A DNA stretch of 64,000 bases from Balneolaceae bacterium. GTDB lineage: Bacteria > Bacteroidota > Rhodothermia > Balneolales > Balneolaceae. The translations under genes were made by a program, and so were the position numbers. Positions within the stretch are counted from its first letter, which is position 1, and every line of letters starts with the position of its first letter. The stretch spans positions 2,218,730-2,282,729 of the forward strand of contig CP030887.1 in the NCBI GenBank assembly GCA_006969905.1, given 5' to 3'. Positions 1-9,463 of this stretch are shown one piece after another. The notes beneath the pieces are model-generated. The model ran no database searches, was not told the DNA's origin, and saw only the letters and a program-made list of their open reading frames with translations.

Positions 1-2
1 GT

Positions 3-476
3 GATTTAAGTTATTCGCTCTTTGCTCTTAATTTCCTGGAGCATTTTACTGAAGTTTCAGATTCTGTAATTGAGAAAGAAAAGCATTTAGCCCGTGCATT
101 GGCAGCCGGTTTTTTCGGCCAGCGTAATAATCAGGTTGAAATGGATAAAAGTGCGGAGTTATTTCAGCAGGCACTAGAGATATATCCAGAGATAGTAGAG
201 GAGGAAGGCCTTTCTCTTTTACATGGACTTGCAGTTGCAGATGTTTTAGGAGGAAGGGATTCGTTTGAAGATGAAATTTTCTTGATAGGAAAGAGGATAT
301 TGGATAAAGATCCTTTTAACCCTTATGTCAATTTCTATCTTGGCTTGTACAACGATGTGAAGAAGTCCCCGAGAGAAGCTTATCCATACTTCAACAAAAT
401 CCTGCAAGCCGATAACTATTCAAGATTTTGGTATACAGTTGAAGCCGAAAACTTCATGAAGAACTATAAGGAATAA
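3..476 (+). CDS. 5'-truncated helical/TPR-like protein (C-terminal part)
   Basis: Frame is open from nt 3, so the gene starts before the window; TPR-like helices (AELFQQALEIYP, NFYLGLY..AYPYFNKIL). Confidence 0.5.
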   Translation, partial: DLSYSLFALNFLEHFTEVSDSVIEKEKHLARALAAGFFGQRNNQVEMDKSAELFQQALEIYPEIVEEEGLSLLHGLAVADVLGGRDSFEDEIFLIGKRILDKDPFNPYVNFYLGLYNDVKKSPREAYPYFNKILQADNYSRFWYTVEAENFMKNYKE

Positions 477-491
477 TAAAAGCCAGGCTGC

Positions 492-974
492 TTATAGCTT
501 GGTAGGATTCGGAGCGTCCCCATACACTTCTTCCGGATCAAATACTTTTTCGGATTCTTCGAATGCTAGCTCACCGTCTTTTTCAAAAAATTCATCTCCT
601 GTTGGTACACTACGGTAGAAACAGGAACGGTAACCTACGTGGCAGCTGGCACCATTGCCCTGTACTTCAACCCTCAACCAAACGCAATCCTGGTCATCGT
701 CAATACGCATTTCCTTGATGATTTGAGTTAAACCAGAAGTGGCACCCTTATGCCAAAGTGTTTCCCGGCTGCGGCTGTAGTATACCGCCTCGCCCAGTTC
801 AATGGTTTTTTTAAGAGCTTCTTCATTCATGTAACCATGCATAAGTAACTCTCCTGATTCATAATCAGTGGTGACTACGGGAATAAGTCCGTCTTCCTGG
901 AATTTAGGGGCCAGGTCTTTTTCTTCTTCTACCTGGTAAACGGAGATTCTTTTTTTAAAAGTGATGTCGCTCAT
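492..974 (-). CDS. hisI: Phosphoribosyl-AMP cyclohydrolase
   Basis: Motifs [39 protein letters not shown]; no fused HisE domain. Confidence 0.95.
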   Translation of the reverse strand: MSDITFKKRISVYQVEEEKDLAPKFQEDGLIPVVTTDYESGELLMHGYMNEEALKKTIELGEAVYYSRSRETLWHKGATSGLTQIIKEMRIDDDQDCVWLRVEVQGNGASCHVGYRSCFYRSVPTGDEFFEKDGELAFEESEKVFDPEEVYGDAPNPTKL

Positions 975-986
975 TTTTTCGTTTTT

Positions 987-1061
987 GTCATCCTGAGGCT
1001 ACTGCCGAAGGATCTGCATAATTGGTTATTTCGAAGATTCTTCGCTTTCGCTCTGAATGAC
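987..1061. repeat. Inverted REP-like doublet
   Basis: 987-1015 GTCATCCTGAGGCTACTGCCGAAGGATCT; 1035-1061 reverse-complements to GTCATTCAGAGCGAAAGCGAAGAATCT. Both fit the GTCAT(C/T)C(T/A)GAG...CGAAG(G/A)ATCT palindromic repeat type. Confidence 0.7.
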
Positions 1062-1319
1062 TTCTTTGTTTAGTTTCTTTTTTAGATTCTCCGGAACCGG
1101 ATCGTAACCATGGCTACCCCAGGGGTGACATCTGCCAATCCTTTTTATTCCCAACCAGAATCCTTTTAATGGCCCCCATTCATTCACAGCTTCAATCATG
1201 TACTGCGAACAGGTAGGGGAGTACCGACAGGAACTTCCCGTCCACGGGGAAATTACCAGCTGATAAAAGCGTACCAGTCCAATAATCAGTTTGCTGAATA
1301 TGAGTTTCAGCAGTTTCAT
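1026..1319 (-). CDS. yidD: Membrane protein insertion efficiency factor YidD
   Basis: YQLVISP...[10 protein letters not shown]...[14 protein letters not shown] signature. Confidence 0.95.
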   Translation of the reverse strand: MKLLKLIFSKLIIGLVRFYQLVISPWTGSSCRYSPTCSQYMIEAVNEWGPLKGFWLGIKRIGRCHPWGSHGYDPVPENLKKKLNKEVIQSESEESSK

Positions 1320-2773
1320 CAGTCAATACTGAAGGTAGTACCATCTTTACCATCCATCAGCTGTACGCCAAGTTCCTTTAAATCGTCCCTGATTTTATCA
1401 GAAAGCACAAAGTCTTTATTGGTTCTTGCATCCTTGCGAATTTCAATCAGTAACTCAACTAAACCGGAAGTTAATTCTTCGTTTCCGCCTGCTGATTCAC
1501 TGGGCCAAATTCCTAGTACATCGTCAATCATGGAATGCAGCATAACTTTAACCTCTTCGAGGTTTGCAGGAGATGAACCATCAGATATTTGCTTCCGCAA
1601 GGTTTTTAACTGATCGAATAAAACTGCAATTGCCTGGGCGGAATTGAAATCATCATTCAAAGCCGAGTCGAAAGATGATTTCAGTTTTTCAATATCAAAC
1701 TTACTCCCGGTACCTGCTTCTGCCTTTTCAATGGTTGTAATCATGGAATGCAGGTTCTTTAAGCCGGTTTCAGCAGCCTCAAGTGCATCCTCAGAAAAAT
1801 CCGTAGTACTTCGGTAATGGCTTTGCAACAGGAAGAAGCGAATAACCTGTGGATTCCACGATCGGCTAAGCAATTTATGATTGCCAGTAAAAAACTCATC
1901 AAGACTGATGGCATTGCCCAGTGATTTACCCATTTTCTGGCCTTCGAGGGTAACCATGTTATTGTGCAACCAGTACTTTACAAACTGTTTACCATGGGCA
2001 CATTCCGATTGGGCAATTTCACATTCATGATGCGGAAACTGGTTTTCCAATCCGCCTCCGTGAATATCAAAACTTTCACCCAGGTATTTACTGCTCATTG
2101 CCGAACACTCAATATGCCATCCGGGATAACCCATGCCCCAGGGTGAGTTCCATTTCATCAGGTGATCGTCACCGGCTTTTTTCCAGAGAGCAAAATCTTC
2201 CGGGTTTTTTTTATCGGATGCAGTTTCAACACGGGTACCTGATTCAGCATCTTCTAAACTTCTTCCGCTTAGCTTGCCGTAATCTTTATCCGATTTTACA
2301 TCGAAATACACATTTCCGTCTACATTGTAGGCATGACCTTTATCGATCAGGGTTTCGATCATTGCAATTTGCTCAGGAATATGCCCGGTTGCTCTCGGAG
2401 CAATATCAGGCCGAAGCACATTCAAAGCATCCATATCACGGAAGTAGGTATAGGTGTACTTCTCCGCAATTTGCATTGGGTCGGTTTGCTCAAGCCGTGC
2501 CTTTTTTGCCAGCTTGTCTTCACCTTCATCTCCATCGCCTACTAAATGTCCTACATCTGTAATGTTCTGAACATAACGCACTTTATAATCTAAATAGCGG
2601 AGATAGCGCAGGATCAGGTCAAAGGAAACATAACTTTTGGCATGCCCAAGATGCGCATCTCCGTACACCGTGGGACCACATACATACATCCCTACAAAAG
2701 GAGGCTTTAGCGGCTCAAAAAGTTCTTTTTTGCGGCTTAGCGTATTGTAAACGTACAGTTTTTGTTCAGCCAA
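1319..2773 (-). CDS. cysS: Cysteinyl-tRNA synthetase
   Basis: CGPTVY, HLGH (HIGH), [15 protein letters not shown] (KMSKS); TTG start. Confidence 0.98.
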   Translation of the reverse strand: MAEQKLYVYNTLSRKKELFEPLKPPFVGMYVCGPTVYGDAHLGHAKSYVSFDLILRYLRYLDYKVRYVQNITDVGHLVGDGDEGEDKLAKKARLEQTDPMQIAEKYTYTYFRDMDALNVLRPDIAPRATGHIPEQIAMIETLIDKGHAYNVDGNVYFDVKSDKDYGKLSGRSLEDAESGTRVETASDKKNPEDFALWKKAGDDHLMKWNSPWGMGYPGWHIECSAMSSKYLGESFDIHGGGLENQFPHHECEIAQSECAHGKQFVKYWLHNNMVTLEGQKMGKSLGNAISLDEFFTGNHKLLSRSWNPQVIRFFLLQSHYRSTTDFSEDALEAAETGLKNLHSMITTIEKAEAGTGSKFDIEKLKSSFDSALNDDFNSAQAIAVLFDQLKTLRKQISDGSSPANLEEVKVMLHSMIDDVLGIWPSESAGGNEELTSGLVELLIEIRKDARTNKDFVLSDKIRDDLKELGVQLMDGKDGTTFSID

Positions 2774-2778
2774 AACGG

Positions 2779-3480
2779 TCAGAGATCGGTGTCAGTTTTG
2801 ATGAAATCTATAAATTTCTGTTGGGTAGTCTTGTCTTTGAAAGCTCCGCGGAACTCAGAAGTAATGGTGCTGCTGCTGATATCCCTGATACCACGGGTTG
2901 AGACACATAGGTGCTTGCTGTCGATAAACACGGCAACATCTTCTGTACCCATAGCTTCGGATAACGCATCGGCAATCTGCAATGTCAGGCGTTCCTGTAC
3001 CTGTGGGCGGCGTGCATAGTAATCAACCAGGCGATTGATTTTCGAAAGGCCGATTACCTTTCCTGTTGAAATATATGCTACATGTGCTTTACCGATGAAG
3101 GGTAGAAAATGATGTTCACAAAAAGAAGTGACCTGGATGTTCTTCTCAATTACCATGTCACTGTAATCATAATGATTACTGAATGCACGGGCAGTGGGTT
3201 TGTTCTCCGGGTTTAACCCGTTAAAAATTTCTTTAACAAACATTTTAGCCACACGGTAAGGTGTGCCTTTTAAACTGTCATCAGTAAGGTCTAAACCAAG
3301 TGTGTGCATAATTTGAGCAAAGTGCTCCTGAATTCGCTCAATTTTTTCCTCATCGGTTAAATCAAAAGCATCATCACGAAGCGGGGTAAGTTCAGAAGAA
3401 CCGATATGATCATCTCCGAGCTCTTCTGCTGTAATTTTATCTAAATCTAAATTATCCAATATGTGTGGAATTTCTTTCAT
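2779..3480 (-). CDS. folE: GTP cyclohydrolase I
   Basis: [41 protein letters not shown]. Confidence 0.97.
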   Translation of the reverse strand: MKEIPHILDNLDLDKITAEELGDDHIGSSELTPLRDDAFDLTDEEKIERIQEHFAQIMHTLGLDLTDDSLKGTPYRVAKMFVKEIFNGLNPENKPTARAFSNHYDYSDMVIEKNIQVTSFCEHHFLPFIGKAHVAYISTGKVIGLSKINRLVDYYARRPQVQERLTLQIADALSEAMGTEDVAVFIDSKHLCVSTRGIRDISSSTITSEFRGAFKDKTTQQKFIDFIKTDTDL

Positions 3481-3561
3481 AAATAAGGGTAGCTGATACC
3501 AGCTTAAAACAGAACATTAAAGTTAAGGGTTCCGTGTATTAATTGACAGCAAGGGAATCAG

Positions 3562-3655
3562 CAATATTCAATGTTAAGTACCCGGTTGTCATTTGAAAGT
3601 TTACACCTGTACATTCCTTATTGAATATTGAATATTGGATATTGAAACATTGAAC
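3562..3655. repeat. Degenerate heptamer repeats with an inverted copy
   Basis: ATTGAAT ATTGAAT ATTGGAT ATTGAAAC ATTGAAC at 3620-3655; CAATATTCAAT (3562-3572) is the reverse complement of ATTGAATATTG (3620-3630). Confidence 0.6.
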
Positions 3656-3676
3656 CATTAACTATTTCCTATAAAG

Positions 3677-3988
3677 ATGGTAAAGCATATTGTAATGTGG
3701 AAGTTGAAAGAGATAGCCGAAGGTAAAACAAAGGCAGAGAATGCAGCTATTATGAAAGAATTGCTGGAAGGATTACCTGCAAAAATTGGTGAACTGGATA
3801 CTGCAGAAGTGGGCATTACTTTTTTGGAAGACGGAGCAGAAGCGAACGCTGATGTTGTGTTGACTACTACCTGTATAAATAAAGAAGCTTTGAAGGCCTA
3901 TGCTGTTCATCCTGATCATCAGAGAGTAGTAAAGTTTATTCAAAAAGTAGCTGTTGAACGCAGGGTTGTGGATTATGAGATTGATTGA
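3677..3988 (+). CDS. Dabb family (stress-responsive A/B barrel) protein
   Basis: MVKHIVMWKLK start; AYAVHPDHQ motif. Confidence 0.9.
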   Translation: MVKHIVMWKLKEIAEGKTKAENAAIMKELLEGLPAKIGELDTAEVGITFLEDGAEANADVVLTTTCINKEALKAYAVHPDHQRVVKFIQKVAVERRVVDYEID

Positions 3989-4061
3989 TCAATTCAGAAT
4001 TTTTCAATTATCAACTACGAATGGGTTTTAGTTAAACAAAAAGTCAATAAGTAGTAGTTAG

Positions 4062-4337
4062 TTGAGTGATATAGAACCCATAGAGCTTCCTATTGATGGT
4101 ATCTTAGACCTTCATTTGTTCAGCCCCAAAGAGTTGGGAGATTTGATCCCGGATTATATAGAGGCCTGCCTGGAAAAAGATATCTTTTCAATTCGCATTA
4201 TACATGGGAAAGGAAAGGGGGTATTAAGGCGAACTGTTCATAGTTTATTAGATCGAAATCCTCATGTAGCTTCTTATAGAATGGCTGATGACCGCAGCAG
4301 CTGGGGAGCAACTTTGGTAGAACTTCAAAAACAATAA
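4062..4337 (+). CDS. Stand-alone Smr (small MutS-related) domain protein
   Basis: LDLH...IRIIHGKGKGVLR...WGAT, canonical Smr motifs. Confidence 0.92.
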   Translation: MSDIEPIELPIDGILDLHLFSPKELGDLIPDYIEACLEKDIFSIRIIHGKGKGVLRRTVHSLLDRNPHVASYRMADDRSSWGATLVELQKQ

Positions 4338-4338
4338 A

Positions 4339-6168
4339 ATGCCAAAACAAGATTTTAAAGGCTTTCTGTTAATGCATATAGCCCGTATTGAGAGAAAGAT
4401 AGATGAGCTAGAGAAAGTAAGTTCACAAATCTCCCGGTGGAGGTTAGGTGTATTTTTGGGAGGTATTTTATACAGCTATTTTACAATAAATGCACTGAAT
4501 TCTTTTCTGTATACCCTGCTTCTGCTCACTTTTATTATTGGCTTTATCATTCTGATAGATCGGCATCTGAAAGTGGAAAAGGTTTTGGAAAAATTTAAAT
4601 ACCTGAAACAGATTAAAGAAGAGCATGTTGCCAGGTTTGATCTTGACTGGCAAAGAATTCCTCAAAAGCATTTAAGCAACGAGCATACCAAGCATCCATT
4701 CGGAGCTGATTTGAATATTTTTGGAAAACAGTCTTTAATCCAGTTATTGGATACTTCTATTTATGAAGGTGGATTGAGCAGGTTATCAAACTGGCTGTTG
4801 GATGTAGGCCCTGATAAAGAAAGGATTCTGGAAAGACAAAAGCTCGTTCAGGAACTGTCAGAACTTCAAAGCTTCAGGGATCGGTTAAGGGTTGAGGCAT
4901 TATATACAAAGGTGAAAAGCTCTGAGAAAAAATGGACCATGGAGCAGATGCTGGAATGGCTCCGGCTTCCAAAGAAAACAGGTTTTATCCTTCCTTTACT
5001 TATTACGATAACTCTTTCGGTCTCAAATATAACCCTGGGAATTTTGGCGCTAACAGGTCAGCTTAGTAGTGCATATTTTGTGCTCTCATTTGTAAGCTAT
5101 CTTACTGCGCTTAAACTTACTAGTGAAAAAGTAAAAGGATTGTTTGATGCTGCTTTTCAAATGGAGAAGTTGCTGGGAAGTTTTAGCAATATTTTGAGCC
5201 ATGTTGAACTATTTAAAGTTAATGATGACAAAGAGATTTCACGCTTCTTAAGGGTTTACCAGGAGGAGAAAGAAAAGCCGTCTATAATCCTCAAAAATGT
5301 AAGAAGGTTTGCCGTTGCTGCTTCTATTCAAAAAGATCAGTTATTGGGACCAGTTGTGAATTTATTTATTCCCTGGAATCTATATTTCTCAATGAGATTG
5401 GAAAATTTAAAAGAAGAACTGGAGCCAAAACTAACCAGGTGGCTAGACAGATTTTATGAGTTAGAAGCCCTGAACTCAATGGCTAATTTCTCATTTTTAA
5501 ACCCCGAGTATTCGTATCCGGATTTTCAAAATAAATCCAAATTTCTGTTTGAAGCGGTTAACCTCGCTCACCCGCTTATTAAAAAAGAACAAAAAGTAGC
5601 TAATGATTTTGTAGTGAAACCTAATCAAAATCTGTTCCTTATAACGGGATCAAACATGGCAGGGAAAAGTACTTTCCTGAGAACAGTAGGCATTAATCTT
5701 GTATTGGCATATGCAGGCGCACCAGTAAATGCGAAGTCTCTAAACACAGGTTTGTTCAGAATATTTACCAGCATCAATGTAAATGATTCGTTAGGGGACG
5801 GGCTTTCTCATTTTTATGCCGAGGTAAAAAGATTAAAGCAGTTGATTGATGAGCTCAATAAAGAAGACAGGTTGCCTTTATTTTTCTTTGTGGATGAAAT
5901 CTATAAGGGAACCAATAATAGGGAGCGTTTTGCAGGCAGTGCAGCCTTTTTGAGAGAAATAGCTGGTAAAAACGGAATAGGAATGGTCTCCACCCATGAT
6001 TTAGAACTTGCAGACTTAGAGTCCGAGATTAATCAGTTAACTAACTGGCATTTCTCTGAATCGATTTCCAATGACAAAATGAGTTTTGAGTATAAATTAA
6101 AGCCCGGTCCGTGCCCAAGCACCAATGCACTTAAGATTATGAAGATTGAGGGATTACCGATTGAGTAG
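4339..6168 (+). CDS. Membrane-anchored MutS-family (domain V) ATPase
   Basis: N-terminal hydrophobic helices; GSNMAGKST Walker A, SHFYAE, FVDEIYKGTN Walker B, STHD; no mismatch-binding domain I. Confidence 0.88.
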   Translation: MPKQDFKGFLLMHIARIERKIDELEKVSSQISRWRLGVFLGGILYSYFTINALNSFLYTLLLLTFIIGFIILIDRHLKVEKVLEKFKYLKQIKEEHVARFDLDWQRIPQKHLSNEHTKHPFGADLNIFGKQSLIQLLDTSIYEGGLSRLSNWLLDVGPDKERILERQKLVQELSELQSFRDRLRVEALYTKVKSSEKKWTMEQMLEWLRLPKKTGFILPLLITITLSVSNITLGILALTGQLSSAYFVLSFVSYLTALKLTSEKVKGLFDAAFQMEKLLGSFSNILSHVELFKVNDDKEISRFLRVYQEEKEKPSIILKNVRRFAVAASIQKDQLLGPVVNLFIPWNLYFSMRLENLKEELEPKLTRWLDRFYELEALNSMANFSFLNPEYSYPDFQNKSKFLFEAVNLAHPLIKKEQKVANDFVVKPNQNLFLITGSNMAGKSTFLRTVGINLVLAYAGAPVNAKSLNTGLFRIFTSINVNDSLGDGLSHFYAEVKRLKQLIDELNKEDRLPLFFFVDEIYKGTNNRERFAGSAAFLREIAGKNGIGMVSTHDLELADLESEINQLTNWHFSESISNDKMSFEYKLKPGPCPSTNALKIMKIEGLPIE

Positions 6169-6254
6169 ATTTGGTATAACAGATCAACAAATGATTCAGA
6201 ATATGAGATAAAGCACACAAGATCGAAATCTTATGTTTCAGTTCTTAATTTTTC

Positions 6255-6282
6255 TGTAACCTTCAAGCAAATCATAAGTGTA
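6255..6282 (+). promoter_or_regulatory. Candidate ECF-sigma promoter (autoregulatory)
   Basis: TGTAAC-N17-GTGTA upstream of the sigma gene; similar spaced motifs at 9382-9409 and 12362-12389. Confidence 0.4.
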
Positions 6283-6318
6283 CCTTACCGACAACACTAA
6301 ACGGGGAAACATCTGCAG

Positions 6319-6882
6319 GTGGATTCAACATCGGATAAAGCATTAATGATGAAGGTAAAAGGAGGAGACCTGGACAAGTTGGGTTTACTCTTTGAACGAT
6401 ACAATCGTCCTTTATTCAGCTTTTTTTACCGGTTGACATCAGAAAGCTCGTTAAGTGAAGATCTTGTTCAGTCGGTGTTCGAGCGAATGCTCAAATATCG
6501 ATCCACATATTCGGGAAACGGAGCATTTACTACCTGGATGTTCAGCATTGCCCGAAATGCTCATATCGATCACTATCGCAAAAATAAGCGGTACAATGAC
6601 ATTGAGGATTTTGATGAGGAGCGGATAGGTGAGGCTCCTCCTGAGTATGCGGAAATGGACGAGAGAACAAGAAGAAAAAAGTTGCTGGAACTTGCTTTGA
6701 ATAAACTGGATCCGGAGAAAAAGGAAGTGGTTATCCTTAGCCGGTATGAAGGGCTTAAGTATACAGAGATAGCTGAGATTCAGGAAGTAAGCGAAAGCGC
6801 AGTAAAAGTAAGAATGTTCAGGGCTATGAAAGAATTGAAAGACATTGTAAACACACTAAGTGAGGAATACAGTGATGAATGA
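6319..6882 (+). CDS. ECF (sigma-24 type) RNA polymerase sigma factor
   Basis: EDLVQSVF, FTTWMFSIARN, YTEIAEI...VKVRMFRA regions 2 and 4. Confidence 0.93.
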   Translation: MDSTSDKALMMKVKGGDLDKLGLLFERYNRPLFSFFYRLTSESSLSEDLVQSVFERMLKYRSTYSGNGAFTTWMFSIARNAHIDHYRKNKRYNDIEDFDEERIGEAPPEYAEMDERTRRKKLLELALNKLDPEKKEVVILSRYEGLKYTEIAEIQEVSESAVKVRMFRAMKELKDIVNTLSEEYSDE

Positions 6883-7660
6883 AAAATATGAACAACTGGT
6901 AGCTGATTATTTAGCTGGAAGCCTTGATGAGGAAGGGAAACTCCGGGTTGAGCAGCTAATTGCAAATGGTGAGATTGAGCTTATTGAATTCAAAGCAATA
7001 GAACAGCTCCATGACGAACTGGATGTTATTGTTACTCCGGCTCCCTCACCTGATATGAGTACCGGTTTTTATGCCATGCTGGAAAAAGAAAAGGCAGCCA
7101 GCCGGCCTTTTTCATTTTCTGTAGCGGAAAAGTTAAAAGCTTTGTTTGCTGAACTTACCATGCCACGACTGGCCTATGCCTGTTTACTTTTGATTGTAGG
7201 CGGTTTTATAGGCGATCAGTTTGGAAGGAATGAAAGTAAACTGGAAGAGTTATCAGCTGAAATGCAGGATATGCGACAAATGATGATGGTAAGTATGCTG
7301 GAAGGTGCTTCAACAACCGATCGTATCCGGGCGGTAAACATCAGTGCTGAATTGCCTGTAGCTGATGAAAAAGCGATACAGGCGTTATTGTTTACGCTGA
7401 ACAATGATAAGAGTATAAATGTACGCGTACAAACGGTAGAAGCTTTGTCGCGTTGGGGAGATAATGAAATGGTAAGACAAGGAATGGTGAATGCGATCAC
7501 TAACCAGGATTCCGAAGTTGTAATTATAGCATTGGCAGATGCTGTGGTGTCATTAGGGTTAAAAAATTCCGCTAAAGAACTCGAAGAATTGCTCAAATAC
7601 AAAGAGCTGGATATAAACGTACAACAGAAACTACAAACAAGTATAGCAGCATTGCTATAA
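6875..7660 (+). CDS. Anti-sigma factor with TM helix and periplasmic HEAT repeats
   Basis: ATG at 6875 overlaps the sigma stop; ZAS-like N-terminus lacking HxxxCxxC, one TM helix, HEAT-like C-terminus (NVRVQTVEAL). Confidence 0.8.
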   Translation: MNEKYEQLVADYLAGSLDEEGKLRVEQLIANGEIELIEFKAIEQLHDELDVIVTPAPSPDMSTGFYAMLEKEKAASRPFSFSVAEKLKALFAELTMPRLAYACLLLIVGGFIGDQFGRNESKLEELSAEMQDMRQMMMVSMLEGASTTDRIRAVNISAELPVADEKAIQALLFTLNNDKSINVRVQTVEALSRWGDNEMVRQGMVNAITNQDSEVVIIALADAVVSLGLKNSAKELEELLKYKELDINVQQKLQTSIAALL

Positions 7661-7669
7661 GGGGATAGA

Positions 7670-8551
7670 ATGAAAAGAATATTAATTACCGTACTTACTT
7701 TATGTATTACTATTCCTGCTTTTGCGCAGAAGGATAAGATCAGGGAAGAAATTGATATAAAAGTATTAAGAGGGGAGCTAAATGATGTTTCTGAGTTTCT
7801 CATCAAAAATGTAAACGGTGATGTGGAAATACAGGGCTATGATGGCAATGAGATCATAATTACCGGAACAAAAGTGATTGAAAAGAAAAAGGGAGATATC
7901 ACCCGGGAAGAGGCAGATGAGTTTTATCTCAAAAAAGAGAAAATAGGCGACAAAGTATATGTATACTTTTATGCTCCCGGTGTTCAGGTTAAATTTAAAG
8001 ATGGGAAAATTAACTATAACATAGGTTGGGATAGAAAGGAAGACCGTTTCCTAAGGAAATTTGAATACCACTTTGATATAAAAGTGATGGTTCCTGATTA
8101 TTTATATGTGAGTGCATCAACCATTAATGATGGAGATGTAACCATTGCTGACTTAAAAAGAGGAGTAAATGCGGGGAATATAAATGGGGCAGTTTTAATT
8201 AAAGAAATTTCAGGCCGAACCCAAGCAAACACAGTAAACGGTGATATTGAAGTTTGGTTTGCAAATAGCCCAAAAGAAGACTCTGAATTTAATACTGTTA
8301 ATGGCACCATTGAGATTTATTCTCCAAAAGATTTGTCAACCGTTGTAACCTTTGAAAGTTTAAACGGTGAATTATATACCGATTTTGAGAACGTGAAACG
8401 TTTGCCAAACCGATTGAACAAGGAAAAAGACGGCAAAGGCTTCCGTTACCGAATTAGTAAACAATCTCCCATCCAAATAGGGCAGGGTGGACCTGAGATG
8501 GAGTTTAAAATGGTAAACGGTAGCGTATATATCCGGGAAAGAAAATCATAA
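7670..8551 (+). CDS. DUF4097 (toast-rack beta-strand repeat) protein
   Basis: Signal peptide; repeated NxVNGxV/I motifs. Confidence 0.85.
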   Translation: MKRILITVLTLCITIPAFAQKDKIREEIDIKVLRGELNDVSEFLIKNVNGDVEIQGYDGNEIIITGTKVIEKKKGDITREEADEFYLKKEKIGDKVYVYFYAPGVQVKFKDGKINYNIGWDRKEDRFLRKFEYHFDIKVMVPDYLYVSASTINDGDVTIADLKRGVNAGNINGAVLIKEISGRTQANTVNGDIEVWFANSPKEDSEFNTVNGTIEIYSPKDLSTVVTFESLNGELYTDFENVKRLPNRLNKEKDGKGFRYRISKQSPIQIGQGGPEMEFKMVNGSVYIRERKS

Positions 8552-8566
8552 CAGGAAAACAGAATC

Positions 8567-9373
8567 ATGAAAAAATTAAACACTATTCTTTTTATTACTC
8601 TCTTCGTTGTACTCGCAATTCCTTTTACGGCTTTTGCGCAAAATGACCTTACAGTTCCTCTTTCAAGGCCAGGAAAAGCAGGAGTGTTAGAGGTCAGTTC
8701 TATTTATGCAGATGATGTGATTATCCGTGCACATTCCGGCCAGGATGTTATTGTGAAATTTGATGGGGATGATGATAAGGATGATTATGACAACCGAAGA
8801 AATGGTCTGCGTCGTATCTCTTCCGGAGGTATCGGGATGGAAGTAACCGAAGATAATAACCGCGTAATTGTGAGGACATCACCGAGTGCGCATGATCTTG
8901 AGCTCGAAATTATGGTTCCAAGCAACTTTTCATTAGAACTGCACATCACTCATGGCGATATAGAAGTATATGGCGTAAATGGTGAGCTTGAGATAAATGC
9001 CGTTAATGGTGACGTGGAAATGATAGATGTAAGCGGATCGGCATTAATTAATAGTGTAAATGGAGATGTTGAAGTAGAGTTCAAAGAGGTTACAGACGGT
9101 GCACCTATGTCATTCACAACAGTTAATGGCGATATCGAAATAGCACTTCCTGAAAGCGTTAGAATGTCTGCAAAAATGAAAACCGAATGGGGAGATATCT
9201 ATACTAATTTTGATATGGACATTGACCGGAATTCAAACGCAGCAGAAGTATCCAAAGATAAGGGAAAATACAAAGTGGCTATAAACAAGTGGGTATACGG
9301 GAGCATTAATGGAGGAGGAGCAGAATATCTTTTCAAAACCCTTCATGGAGATATATCCATACGTAAAAAATAG
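8567..9373 (+). CDS. DUF4097 (toast-rack beta-strand repeat) protein
   Basis: Signal peptide; repeated xVNGDV/I motifs; paralog of the preceding gene. Confidence 0.85.
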   Translation: MKKLNTILFITLFVVLAIPFTAFAQNDLTVPLSRPGKAGVLEVSSIYADDVIIRAHSGQDVIVKFDGDDDKDDYDNRRNGLRRISSGGIGMEVTEDNNRVIVRTSPSAHDLELEIMVPSNFSLELHITHGDIEVYGVNGELEINAVNGDVEMIDVSGSALINSVNGDVEVEFKEVTDGAPMSFTTVNGDIEIALPESVRMSAKMKTEWGDIYTNFDMDIDRNSNAAEVSKDKGKYKVAINKWVYGSINGGGAEYLFKTLHGDISIRKK

Positions 9374-9463
9374 TAAACGTCAGAAACGTTTAAAAAATTT
9401 ATTCGTCCAACATTCAACCAGTTTCTGAAACCGCAAATCATTTGGAGTAAATGATTTGCGGGG

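Noticed and set aside
1419-3019. Antisense ORFs over cysS/folE, and similar short antisense or alternate-frame ORFs across pdhC, the usher and the giant adhesins
   Set aside because: They lie within well-supported genes, have no recognisable motifs, and are expected shadows of codon bias.
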